The notes under the pieces were generated by a model. The model made no database searches, was not told where the DNA came from, and was given only the letters and a program-made list of their open reading frames with translations. The translations under genes were made by a program, and so were the position numbers. Positions 24,181 to 35,527 of a stretch of DNA of 64,000 nt are shown one piece after another; the stretch's first letter is position 1; every line of letters begins with the position of its first letter. Source of the DNA: Eutreptiella sp. 'Long Island Sound 2002' (Eukaryota > Protista > Euglenida); contig OZ038378.1 in the NCBI GenBank assembly GCA_964036045.1, positions 144,460,001 to 144,524,000 on the forward strand. The letters are read 5' to 3'.

Positions 24181-25418
24181 TTAGATTGGCGGCGGCCACA
24201 AGCATCCGGCGCTGCACCCACTGAAGATCCACGAGCCGGCGACCACGATGGCTGGATGTCGGACATGGCAGCAGAGCGGTGCGCGAAAAACACAGAAAAT
24301 TTTTATGTACAACAAGGAAGGAGATGCTCCAAGTGGAGTCAGTCTTGCGCACACCCACCAACTCTGTGCGGAACTTACGTTCCTTTGGGGCTCCAGTGAC
24401 GGGAAGCGCACGTATATCTACAAATGCAAACTGCGCACGCGACTCGCCTGTCAAGTCCAAACGTCGCAAACGCAACTGGAACCGCCGCACACACGCCACA
24501 TGTGCGGTGAGGGAGAGACCAGCCATTGGTGTCGCCCGCACGCACTATGGTGCTCAGCACCGGACACTACATCTTCAGGATCCTGGCCTCAGGCAGCGGC
24601 TTTGGACAAAGCAAGAGGCACCAGAATACAATGACTCGAAGGAAGGCCATTGTAATCTGGGGGAAGGAAATACCTTCCCCCGCATCCATTCTTGAGCATT
24701 TGGGCCAAGGGAAGGGAGTGGAAGCCCTACATATACCTGACCGTACCACTTTTGTGGTCAACATTGCCTATTTTGCTATTTTGGGTAGGCTTGTTAGGAT
24801 CTGGTATGCAGTGCTGTCATACCCCATTTTTAGCCCTACGCACACCTTTGTAAGCCCAAATGCTCCACCCCAAGCATCCAAAAACCTTCTCAAAGGTGCT
24901 CATTTGTGTTCCCCACCCTTAAAATAGGGTGTGTGGTCCATACTTGCCCTCCCATCCCCAAGCCACGGGGGGGGGGGGGGTGGCCGTCGGCACTTATGCC
25001 ATTCGGAAATATTTGGAACGGTGAAAAAATATCTTTTTGTACTTCCTGCATGCTTGTGGGCGATTCCTATTACGCTCTTACTATTTGTTGTTCATTCCCG
25101 AACCAAGTGTAATAATCAAAATGCACCAGAAGCCTGGCTGATAGCACAAACGTGCGGCAATCTGTCCCAATAATATGCTATTTCTTCACCATTGCGGACC
25201 TCCATATTGTCTGGAAATTGGGCAGCCCGTTTGGCCGCTGTCATATGTTTGCCACGCTTTCTCGGTTGTGATGGCTGTTTCCCCGATTGCGTTGCTTGCT
25301 GAGCTTGCTTGCTTGCTTGCTCAGATGGTGCTGCTCAATCAGGAACTCATCAGAAAAAGGAGCAGACATGCATCTTACTATTTGTCTGCCAACGAACAAA
25401 ACAAATGCATGACCAACT

Positions 25419-25665
25419 AGCTGCAGAAGTTGTGACCTTGAACTACAAGAGCGCAACAAAAATGTGACCCTGACCATGAGATTGCTGTCAGCTGCAGAAA
25501 TTGCGACCCTGAACTATTGGAGCGCAAAAAAAAAATTGACCCTAACCATGAGATTGCTGCCTGCCGCAGAAGTTGTGACCCTCAACTACTGGAGCGCAAC
25601 AAAAAGGTGACCCTGACAAAGAGATTGCTGCGAGCTGCAGAAGGTGTCACCCTGAGATTGAATGG
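25419..25665. repeat. ~71-bp diverged tandem repeat, ~3.4 copies
   Basis: GC(T/C)GCAGAA recurs near 25420, 25491, 25563 and 25634. Confidence 0.75.
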
Positions 25666-26479
25666 ATGGAGCAAAAAGCTGACAGGGAGACCAAACAAGA
25701 AACAAACATTGCACTACACCGATGCTACCCCAAGTTTCTGAGATTCGGAAATATTTGGAAATATTCAAAATGTTCGGGATTAGCAGCCCTGGCTCTGATT
25801 CGGAAATATTAAGAAATATTTGGAAATGTTCGTTTCCGAACCAGTGGTAAACCCTCCTGCAATCCACTATGTACTGTGGGCTGTGCCCTTATTGAAGTTT
25901 CGCTCATATAGATAGACCAAAGGCCATCCATGCGTAGTACAGGACAAAGTCAGGAGAACCAACACCAGCGGCAAAGACCGTCATCCTGGGCACTCCTCTG
26001 GCCTTAGAGGTTGACCACAGGGCCCTGGTGTCCACCAAATCTGACGGCCCTGAGCACTGATGTTAGTGCCCCTCGCTTACCCTGATTTTCCCGGTCTCAC
26101 TATTATTCTTTTTCACCCAATACCTGTTTTTTCTGCACTGTGATTTTCGCCTTTTCTGCCCCTCATTTGACACTGTCCCTAGGGGGTCATGGATGCCTGG
26201 TTACACAGCTCCTACATCACATACAAGATGCCGTGTTGGAGGTACCCGCATCGTCTGCTTCCTCTCCAGAGTCAAAACTCGGATCAGACATATATTCCAA
26301 AATGATAGTGTGAGGAATGGCATCCGCCTGAGCAGAGTGTAGCTGCCACCCAAGGGGCGGGGGGGGGGGGGGGATGGGCACCAACAAAGATGTGCTGCTG
26401 TGGCATCCGAAGTCGCTAAATTATCACTTGAAATGGCGAAGTTGACTCCAGAAGGCACTCGAGCAATCTCTGGGAATCA

Positions 26480-28140
26480 AAGATCAGAGCTGTTCAATGC
26501 TACGATTGTCAAAAAAGGCGATGCGGTAGCGGACATGACACGCAGTAATGATAAGCTGAATCTGATACCAGGAAATGCAGTGGGACCTGCCACGCCCTAA
26601 GGCATCCCACGTGCGCAGATACATATAATACACAGCCCAACAGTGAGTGCAGCCAGGCATGAAGGGCAGTGGCAAAGCCAAATGGCAGAAACAAAGCCAC
26701 GGCCTGATGTCACACAGTACACATGCGTGGATGCGCATTTCTTTTTTGCGTTCCAGCCACACCGGAAGGCGAGAAATCTCTCGGAATCGAGGATCAGAGC
26801 TGCCCAATGCTAAGAGTGTGCCACAAGGCGATGCAGTAGCGGACATGACAGATGGTGATGACAAGCTGAATCTTATACCAGGAAGTAAAAAATGCCGTGG
26901 GAAGTGCCACGCCCGAAGGCATCCCACATGATTTTTTTCTTTTTTGGTTCGGACCTCGGTAAGCTGGCAAAGCCCTATTGCCAGACGGTACTCGAGAGGT
27001 CTCGGAATCAGGGATCAGGGCACTCCAGTGCTACAGTTGTCCCACGGCTCCGTGTTGTAACGGACATGACACGGAGGTAGCGCGAGCGAAATCTGCAACC
27101 AGAAGGTGCAGCGCGAACTGCCACGCCCGTGGACATCCCAAGGTGCTGCTGGAGCACCAAGAAGACTGAAGGCTGAGAAGAATCAGCGGGTTGCATTGCA
27201 TACAATAACAGCATCAGAAAGGGATGGGGAGACAACATTCAGGCATTCGTTGGTCACTATCAACGGGGCTGAGAACACTGCTGTCCCATTGCTGGTTTGG
27301 GGTGAGTGGGGACAGTAAGGGGTGCACGGAGGCGTTTTGCGTCTCCACCCTCCTCCCTGCAATGCCAAAACTGCAGTCACTGCTCTCTCTCAAAGTGAAC
27401 TGTCTCCGGTCAGTCCATGTACAGCTCTACCCAGGCACCGCATCCTGAATTTTAAAGATTCTTGCTCGACTTCCTTGGGGTGCACTACTGTTGTGGAATC
27501 ATGGTCCATTGATTGTTCTGACATATACACAGTGGCGCCGCAGTGGACCAATAAAATATAAACAGACCTGAACCGGAATGCAAAACATATGTTTTTGGCA
27601 AAGCATTGGTTTGGATGCAGGGGCTTGGGGGGGACGCTGGAATGCTTTCTGAGGCGATCCACAGTGGCAGCCCCAGAAAATGTCCTCCTCCATCATGGAG
27701 CATTGCTCTTGCAGAAGCTGGGCTGCATCTCTTGTCATGGGCTGCATGACCTGATGTCTGAGGGCACGCAACGCCTGAGAACAGAGCTGCTCTTTCTTGG
27801 TGTTGTACATTTGAGTCCAATGCATATAATATACAGCCCAACAGCGAGTGGGGCCAGGCGTGAAGGGCAGTGACAAAGCCAAATGGCAGGAAGAAAGCCA
27901 CTGCCTGATGTCACACTGGACACATGCGCAGATGCATTTTTTGGGGGGGGTTCCGGCCACAGCAAGCTGGCAAAGTCCGCTCACCAGAAGGCACTCGAGC
28001 AATCTCTCGGAATCAAGGTTCAGAGCCGTCCAATGCTACGATTGTCAAAAAAGGCGATGCGGTAGCGGACATGACACGCAGTAATGATAAGCTGAATCTG
28101 ATACCAGGAAATGCAGTGGGAACCGCCACGCCCGAAGGAA
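26480..28140. repeat. Dispersed/tandem diverged modules with core GGCGATGCGGTAGCGGACATGACAC...AAGCTGAATCTGATACCAGG
   Basis: Copies near 26517, 26827, 27050, 28053 and 57757. Confidence 0.75.
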
Positions 28141-28548
28141 TCCCACATGCGCAGATACATATAGTATACAGCCCACAGTGAGTGGAGCCAGGGCCGGCAT
28201 TCGTGTGCCTAGGGGCCCAGTCATGTCCAACCTGAGCTTCCTGACAGAGGTGCACATGCACCACCAGGGAGGCCCGCTCTGTGGAAGAGGTGCCAATCAC
28301 CACTATGCGAGCACGTTTAGTTTACAGTCTTTTATTAGGCATGCCCAGGTGTGCTCTCGAGAAGCTCTCGGATTAAGGGAAGCTATGTACACAGGGCGGC
28401 AGTGCCCCCACCGTACAAGCGTGTTCCACGGCAATGCCTGGAGGGCGTAAATCAACGGTGCCACGTGGTCCTGTCTCCTGCATATGTACCCTTTGGGGAC
28501 CGCGCCTGGGGGCAAAAGGGTGTACAATGCAATTTGATGCGTGGCGTA

Positions 28549-30003
28549 CTAAGCGCTGGCTGACCCGGTATCGCTGCTGATGGGTCCTTCAGACCCCATA
28601 TCGCTGCCCCCTTCTGTGAAGGAGTCATTGTCTTCGTGGGAGAAGAGATCTTGGAACACTGAGTGCACCTGAATCCCCATCTCGGCGCATGTGTTCAACA
28701 GCGTTGAAAGGAAGCCGTCGGTAACCTCGTTGCTCGAGGGATTTGCCGTGACTGAGGCCATGTTCTCAAGAAAGGCTCTGCGCCAGTTTTCCAGTAGTTT
28801 AAGGTGCGTTGTGGGGAACACCACCATGCTGGGCAACGTGTTGGCAGGCCTTGGCTGATGCTTACTGAGACGAGGCTGCGTAATGAAGACATTATTGTCG
28901 GACACCTCATCAAAAACGCTCACATGGCTTGCTCCAACATCAAAAGTCTCGTCCACCAGACAAACATGGCTCCATTTCTTGCCACCCCAGTGACAGTTGA
29001 GGATGAATTCCTCAATTTGCGTCTTTGCCAGTTGTGCTGCTTGAAGCATCAATCCAGGCAGTGGGCAGCGCAGAGAAAGACGAACCAGATCAGCACCATT
29101 GGCAGCAGCAAACTTCGAAAACTGTGTATGAACGTGGCCACTTGTATCCGAATGGACTCCATATGGTCCCAAAGCCATCACAATGACCAAGCGTTCGGAA
29201 ACGGGAGCCTTCGCAAACGTAGGTTGGAAAGGCGGAAGTCCAGCAACTATGTCCACTATCGTAGTGACTTGCTTGCACGTGCGTTGTTGCATTGCCTTCA
29301 GGGGCTCCAACTCCAACTTGCTTCGCATATCCAACTTCGCCAGTTGTCTTTCTATCACCATCTTCTCGTGACCCAATTGACGGTTGGCCTTCTTCAATTG
29401 TGCAACGCGCATCTTCACTTCCTGAACGATTGCCTTCTTCTCCCTTGCAAACTCTGCTTGATGCTGCCGCAACCTTGATCGCTCCTTTGAGCACTCTTGA
29501 GCCAAATTGAGCAGGAAATCATTATCCTCCGCCTCATTGGCAAGGTCCAAACCCTCCATCTTCATGTAAGTCAAGCATTGGAGGGCCGTGGAGAAGAGCA
29601 ACTTCTTCTGGTGGAATGCAATTTCGCCATTCTCAAATTTCTCCCAACGTGTTGCCGGCTCAGAATTGTCACCAAACCGTTTCAAATAATTGGCAGCTTG
29701 CCTTTGTTGCCGTCTTGCTAAATCTCCAATTCGCTTCTGCATCCAATTAGCAGGCAATTGGTCACGAATACCTCCCTCCGAGGGACGAAGGCTATCTTGA
29801 CACCCTGTGGAATCACCGTCACATGACAATACGCCATCATCCACAAAACTTGATGTGAGTTCCTCACATGGATGACACGATGGTGTGGGGCGGCCTGGCT
29901 CCAAAACATGGCCATATCTGGTTGACCCTTGAAAACTATACGGATCATGCACCATTAGATCAGACTTCGCAGTAATGAGTGATGGCATGAAAGAGGACAT
30001 CAT
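28549..30003 (-). CDS. Intronless 485-aa protein: central coiled coil plus a C-terminal divergent GT-A/GT34-like domain (SL-bearing retrocopy A)
   Basis: Uninterrupted ORF. The first ATG lies 15 nt after the SL relic; the track's GTG start at 30036 lies inside the SL. Heptad-rich region at aa ~160-240. Confidence 0.85.
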   Translation of the reverse strand: MMSSFMPSLITAKSDLMVHDPYSFQGSTRYGHVLEPGRPTPSCHPCEELTSSFVDDGVLSCDGDSTGCQDSLRPSEGGIRDQLPANWMQKRIGDLARRQQRQAANYLKRFGDNSEPATRWEKFENGEIAFHQKKLLFSTALQCLTYMKMEGLDLANEAEDNDFLLNLAQECSKERSRLRQHQAEFAREKKAIVQEVKMRVAQLKKANRQLGHEKMVIERQLAKLDMRSKLELEPLKAMQQRTCKQVTTIVDIVAGLPPFQPTFAKAPVSERLVIVMALGPYGVHSDTSGHVHTQFSKFAAANGADLVRLSLRCPLPGLMLQAAQLAKTQIEEFILNCHWGGKKWSHVCLVDETFDVGASHVSVFDEVSDNNVFITQPRLSKHQPRPANTLPSMVVFPTTHLKLLENWRRAFLENMASVTANPSSNEVTDGFLSTLLNTCAEMGIQVHSVFQDLFSHEDNDSFTEGGSDMGSEGPISSDTGSASA

Positions 30004-30018
30004 GAACGACGACTCACT

Positions 30019-30046
30019 GGAAAAAAAAATAGACACTCAGAAGGTG
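30019..30046 (-). other. Genomic relic of the euglenid spliced leader
   Basis: Minus strand reads CACCTTCTGAGTGTCTATTTTTTTTTCC versus the euglenid SL (AC)ACTTTCTGAGTGTCTATTTTTTTTCG. Confidence 0.9.
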
Positions 30047-30289
30047 ACGAAGACATGCGGGCAACACGTGCATAACATGCACAAACCAAGTACAAAAGAC
30101 CCTACTGCAGTGTGAGGAACACACCTTCGTTCACCTCTTGACCTTGCATGTTGCTGGGACCTCATTGCCCAGGCCGAGAGGTTTACTCAGGTATGTTGAG
30201 ACCTATCCCTATCTCTACTGTCCCTCCCTGTCAACATCCCATGTCACCATGGGCATCCACTAGCATAGGCTAGGAAGGGACAACTACTC

Positions 30290-30660
30290 GTGTCTAAAGG
30301 GTAGAGACACGCTTTTTGATCACACCATTCAACCAACTCTTGTTTTTTCAACCTACTTGTGTTTGAGGTAAGGGATAACATGTTCGATCGCACCAGTCAA
30401 CCACCTCTTGCTATTTCAACCTCCTTGTGTTCGAAGGAAGGAAGCGACCATTCAACAACCTCTTCTTTTTTCAACCTACTGGTGTTCAAAAGAAGAAAGG
30501 GACAACAGGTTCAATTGCACCATTCAAAAAATTCAATCACACCGTTTGGCCACGTTTAGTTGCACCATTCAACCACGAAGGGAAAACATGTTCGGTTGCA
30601 CCATTTAGAAACAGAAAGGGACAACATATTTGATCCCACCATTCAACCAAAAAAAGACCA
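30290..30660. repeat. 33-bp minisatellite (GAAAGGGACAACAT.TTTGATCCCACCATTCAA), degenerate here
   Basis: Clean 3-4 copies at 60075-60185 in copy B; a longer, more decayed array here. Confidence 0.7.
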
Positions 30661-31892
30661 TTTGGATTTTCGTACATCTCCTTCCAATGGTTTGCACACT
30701 TCTAATAGTTTGCGACGGGTGGTTCGAACAGGTTCGTATGGGTGGCTGCAAAATTTTCATACAGATTTCCTTATGAGTGCTTCAAATGGATTGTGATGGG
30801 TGGTTTGCACATTCTTGTTTGAGCAACTTTGCAACTCAGCAGCCCAGCAACCTTTTATGCATAGGCGCATGCACAGGGTGCGCTTGATGAATCAACTCTC
30901 GTTGCGACATTCTTGCAAGGGGCACAACTCGGCTCGGAATAAATTCCTGTCTCTCAATGAATTACTGGGATTTGAAACTGAAACACGGTACTCTAGAAGG
31001 TCAAATTTCTTCTGCAATATGTTGCTTGCCATTAAAACCTCTAAAATGGACACTGCACTCAGATGTCATGATTTGCACCACAAAATTCAACAATACAATC
31101 TGCTGGCATAGGAATTTGGCCCAGTCCTGGTAGGGAACTCGACCTGGGACTGACCATTCATCCCGCTGGCCTCAAAACAGGGCACCACGTGTTTGCCAAG
31201 CAATTTAACTTACTGCGGCCTACACGACGCTTGCTGAGAAAAATAGGGATTCCTGGGGGACAGGTAGATAATTCAGATCTAAGATAAGAAGCTGCATCCT
31301 TTACTAAAAACCTCAAATCTGTGGGGCTGTCATTTTTTTTTGGGAATTTCTCGTTCCTAGGAAAACAACTTATCTTGGGTACCCCCTAGATTCTACTCCC
31401 CCGTATTGAATCAGGCTGGTTTTTAGGATCTGGACAATGTTCCCCACAGACATTCGGCAACAATCTAAGCTAAAATTGAGTGACCGTGCCAGGGTGAACT
31501 AAGGAGAATGACGCTCGGCGAATATCCCATGGCCCGTGAGAGAAGCCTTTACTACATGCAGGGGCTTCAACCAGCCATGTGGACTGTATAAACCTTAATG
31601 GGTAATGCTTAGATTTTTGCATGATGTCCTAAATGAGGCATCAGTGAGGGTTTGCGGTATGTTGCAAATTCTATTGCCTTCGGCAAGGCACCTCGAAGAG
31701 GGGAGAAGGACCACCATTGTTGAGTTGCTGAGGATTTAAAACTGCATAAGCAGGTTGTGCCAAAGCCCCCTTGGGAGCCCCCCACCCCCAACACCCAAAT
31801 AGGGTGAAAACCACATAAAGAGGGGCTAAAACATGCTTTACATGGGATATTTGATCATTTTGGATGGTCAGAGTATCAAAAAAACCAGTTCC

Positions 31893-32018
31893 CCAAATTT
31901 CCATATTTGAGCTCCCTAGGCTGGAAAATTGCATCCAAATTTCCATGTTTGAGCTGCCTAGGCTGGAAAACTGCATCCAAATTTCCATGTTTGAGCTGCC
32001 TAGGCTGGAAAACTGCAT
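31893..32018. repeat. 42-bp VNTR, 3 copies (2 copies at 61422-61505)
   Basis: Unit CCAAATTTCCATGTTTGAGCTGCCTAGGCTGGAAAACTGCAT. Confidence 0.92.
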
Positions 32019-32053
32019 AAGCAGGTGGTGCCCTAGCCCACTTGGGAGCCCCG

Positions 32054-32320
32054 AAGGAATGCTGGCTACGTCACGGGTGCACAAGCGGCAGACAAAACAA
32101 AGCGTAGAAAATGTGGCTCGTCAGTGGCCTACAAGACCATAGGTACCTTTCTGTCAAAAGTGAAACGCAAAGATGCCCATGGGTAGTTCACTAAGCAAAC
32201 AAAGACAGTGGGCACGCAGCGGTACGCCTTGAGCCGCCGCCATGCAGGGCCCACAGGATCTCTATTTATGTCATATACTGAGTTCTGTGACAAATGCAAA
32301 CGCCGCCCCCCCCTCCCCCC
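32054..32320. repeat. 3' terminal direct repeat (pLTR-like); partner at 53429-53700
   Basis: Colinear, ~90% identical by eye, from AAGGAATGCTGGCTA to ACAAATG.AAACGCCG.CCCCC; the RT ORF stop lies inside this copy. Confidence 0.88.
32112..32156 (-). ncRNA. Candidate hammerhead-ribozyme-like motif (second copy 53487-53531)
   Basis: Minus strand GAAA-GGUAC-CUA / UGGUCU-UGU-AGGCCA hairpin / CUGACGAG, with palindrome AGGUACCU. Stem II is not formed by the adjacent bases. Confidence 0.45.
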
Positions 32321-32780
32321 GGGGCTGTTGCCCGAAGCGGATGGATGATGACGGGTTCAGCAGGCGGGTAAGGGATTGCAATACAGGAAAATCAAGGCAC
32401 CAGTCGGCGCAAACGTCGGTGCACGGTCCTGGGTGTGGCATGTGCCAGGAGGCATATGCACCGTGGCACCAGTGTGCCGTTGACTGCACCCAGCGGTGCA
32501 GCCTGAAGGAAATAGTATCCCGCGTCGCCGGGAGTGTATATGTGACGTGCATGCACCATTGCAGTGTGGTGTCGACGTCCCATGGTGTTCGGCTCATTAT
32601 GCGGGGCACTGCGGAGTGCAATGCGCGCAAAACTGCTGAACGGGAGTATCCAGACAAGCATGCAATCTGTGCCCACGTTGTATTGCTCAGCAGGCAAGAG
32701 ATCCATGTGTGTAGGAACGGTTCTACGTTGAGTACTACTCCCACAATGATGTTGGATACGCGCTTGCTGTGGCATTTGGG
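32271..32780 (-). pseudogene. C-terminal (thumb) part of the Penelope-like RT
   Basis: IACLSGYSRSAVLRAL resembles the PLE LxxxGYPxxxIxxA motif; joins in frame to KYPVTLQT once 32781-35017 is removed. Confidence 0.7.
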
Positions 32781-35017
32781 TTTGCAAAGGCGGAGCACAA
32801 GAACACTGCACAGAACTTGGGGCAGCAGTACAATGTATCACCAAGACCGGCGATGCCGGCGATAGAATGCTGACCCTGCCCTCCAAGAGAGCCATGGCTG
32901 CCCACATATAAAGCGGACGCAGTCCCAGCGCACAGCGGTCAACGGACGAGACTGACACTACACAAGTACCTGGGAACGAAAAAGTCACCCCCTCAACATG
33001 TGAGACTGCCGCCACCTGAGACGGTGATCATGCTGGACCCAACCACACGCAACCATGGTACCCAATAAAGGGCGGGGTGCAGCATGCAACCCCCCCAAAC
33101 AAAACGAGACACGGTTGGGGTCCGGTGGGCGGACGGCCGAGCCCAGAAGCGGTGCGGCCGCCGTGGGTGGGTGGGCGGGAAAAGACAGAAAATCTGCCTA
33201 AGAAAGGAAGCGCAAACAAAAGTTGAAACGAGGTTCAACTAGTGTTTGCAAAGGCGGAGCACAAGAACACTGCACAGAACTTGGGTATTCATTCTCCGCC
33301 GCAACCCTCCCTGCCCCCCCCCCCCCCCAGCCCTAGCCACGCACTAGTGCCATCAGGAACCCGCTGGGCATAGCGCCGCTGGGGAACCTGAAGGGTTGAA
33401 TCTGAGTCCTAAAACCCCTCTGATTCCTAAACCCCCCCCCCAACCCATAAAACTCCCCATAGGCCTTAGGGCCGGCACCGCAAGTCAAGACAGCCAAAGC
33501 GACGGGCGATACGGGCTGTATGCTCCCGGACCCACACACGGTGATGGCGACACAGCGGCAACAGCATCAGATCCGTCAGCGCCGAGTAGGGCTGCAGGTG
33601 GGCGCCCGGCTGCTCTGCAGCCAAACGGCCACGGCGCCGGGCGCAACTCGGCCAAGCCGAGGCTCACTCAGCAACTCAGCAACGAACCAAGATCCATAAC
33701 ACCGGCCTTAGGGCCAACACTGCAGGTAGCCAGATGGGGCTTTGGCTCAACAAAGTGCTTACGTTGGCGGTGCTGGTGCCGCGACCGTCATTGCTGTTGG
33801 TCCCGTTGCTATCAACGCAAGTGCTCGAAGCATCCACGACTTTAGAGGGCGTGTGGATCGCGTCGCGCATCGAGAGGGCGGCGGCGAGCAACATCTGCGC
33901 CAGTCCTTCAGCGCTGTCGCTGCCAGTGCCGCTGCTCATGTTCCCGCTGTTGCCAATGCCAGTGCTCGAAGTTCCACGCCTGCAGGTGATGTGGCGACAT
34001 AAAGGCAACCACACTGCTGTTGCCACCGCCAGAACTGCTGGTGCCGCTGCTGCTGCCGCCAGCGTCACCGCTGCTGGTCCGACTGCCGCCAATGCCAGAG
34101 TCTGATGGCTCAATACCTGCAGATTGTGATGGCGATACAGAGGGAAAACCACTGCTGCTGCCGCGGCTGCCAGAGCTGCTGGTGTTGCTGGTGCCAGTTT
34201 CACCGCTGCTGGTCCCGCTGCCGCCAACATCGGGTGTTGATGCTCCTACCACTGCACATGGTGACGGCGATAGAGAGGCAACACCACTGTTGCCGTCGCT
34301 GCTGCAGAGCTGCCACCGCGGGTGCTGGTGCTGCCAGTGTCACTGCCCCGGCGGCGGTGGTGAAGGACCCGACCGAGCGCAGCGTCAAACCGTCGTGCGC
34401 AAGCGCCTCCAGCGCAGGGGCCCTCTGCAGCGACGCAAGCAGGCCGCACTGCACGCACTGCACCGCAGCGTCGAGCCCGTTGTTGAGCTCCTGCAGGTCC
34501 GTTGTCGAGAAGGCCTGGGCGTGCGTGTCCACCTCCGTCTTGAAGGCCGCCACCGACTGCGCCACAACCTCCGTCGTGCCGTTGGCCGTGAGCTGCAGGA
34601 CTGCCACAATGTCTGCGACTAGCGTGGTGACCTCGGAGGAGCGGCTTGAGCCGCAGAACCATGTCCACATCGCACTCGACATTGTGCACGACCGCCGGCA
34701 GCAGCGCCGGGCCCCGCCCCGCGTCCGCCAGGGCCTTGACCTCGGCGATGGCGGGGGTCGGGCCCACGAGCACCGCACTCTCCACGGTGGCCAGGCCGCG
34801 GTCAACCAGCCCCTTCTCAACCCCCGCGATCTGCTTCATGCGGTCCAACAAGGAGCCGCAGCACCCGCTTGTCGCCTCAGCATGCTGACCCGCCGGCACC
34901 GGCCCTCGGGCCCATGGGGAGAGGGCAGAACACTACCCCCCCCCCTACAAATTAAAGACAGAAAAACTGCCTAAGAAAGGAAGCGCAAACAAAAGTTGAA
35001 ACGAGGTTCAACTAGTG
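32781..35017. mobile_element. Two head-to-tail modules (464 bp and 1773 bp) inserted in the RT, each ending in a hairpin plus CTAG
   Basis: Shared 41-bp start (32781-32821, 33245-33285) and 64-bp end (33181-33244, 34954-35017). AGTTGAA-ACGAGG-TTCAACT stem then AG|T; TGG flanks both sides. Confidence 0.6.
33676..34899 (-). pseudogene. GC-rich frameshifted ORF of unknown function with Ala-rich repeats
   Basis: Strong coding-like GC3 bias; protein-like helical text MKQIAGVEKGLVDRG ... SEVTTLVADIVAVLQL across a frameshift. Confidence 0.4.
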
Positions 35018-35490
35018 GTCTGCAGGGTCACTGGATATTTAAGGTGCCAGTCTTTTGTTAGACCGGAGGGCTGCGCGTAGATCAATGGGGGGTAGTCCGG
35101 ATGCAAGTGTGTGGTGACTCCCATGGCTGTGAGGGAAGGACCCATGCACGCACCGTTGCATACTTGGTTCTCAAGGTTCATGCATTCACATAGCATAGGG
35201 AGTTGCCAGATCTGGGATAGGGTGTCACGGACCTGTTGCATTTCGGCAGAAGCAGACCTTCCTCGTGCTCCAACCAGGACATTGTCCCTGAACTGAGCTA
35301 AGGACAGAATGTTGCCGCGGGGGGTATGCCACAGGGGGTGTCCTCGCGGCGAAAATTGTAGGTTCCCTAGGGTTCTCATCAGATCAACCCTCTTCTTGGC
35401 ACCCCATATGGACCTCAGATCTGCACTTTGGGCGCTGAACGGGCCTCCCATAGGGATGGCTCCCGTGCGTGCCCATATACGACCGGACGC

Positions 35491-35527
<37 letters not shown>

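Noticed and set aside
28804-29478. 224-aa plus-strand ORF (also 58511..59185)
   Set aside because: Antisense shadow of the 485-aa gene.
33342-35017. CACTA transposon (CACTAGT ... ACTAGTG)
   Set aside because: Only 7 bp are inverted and CACTAGTG is a palindrome; no transposase or matching TSD.
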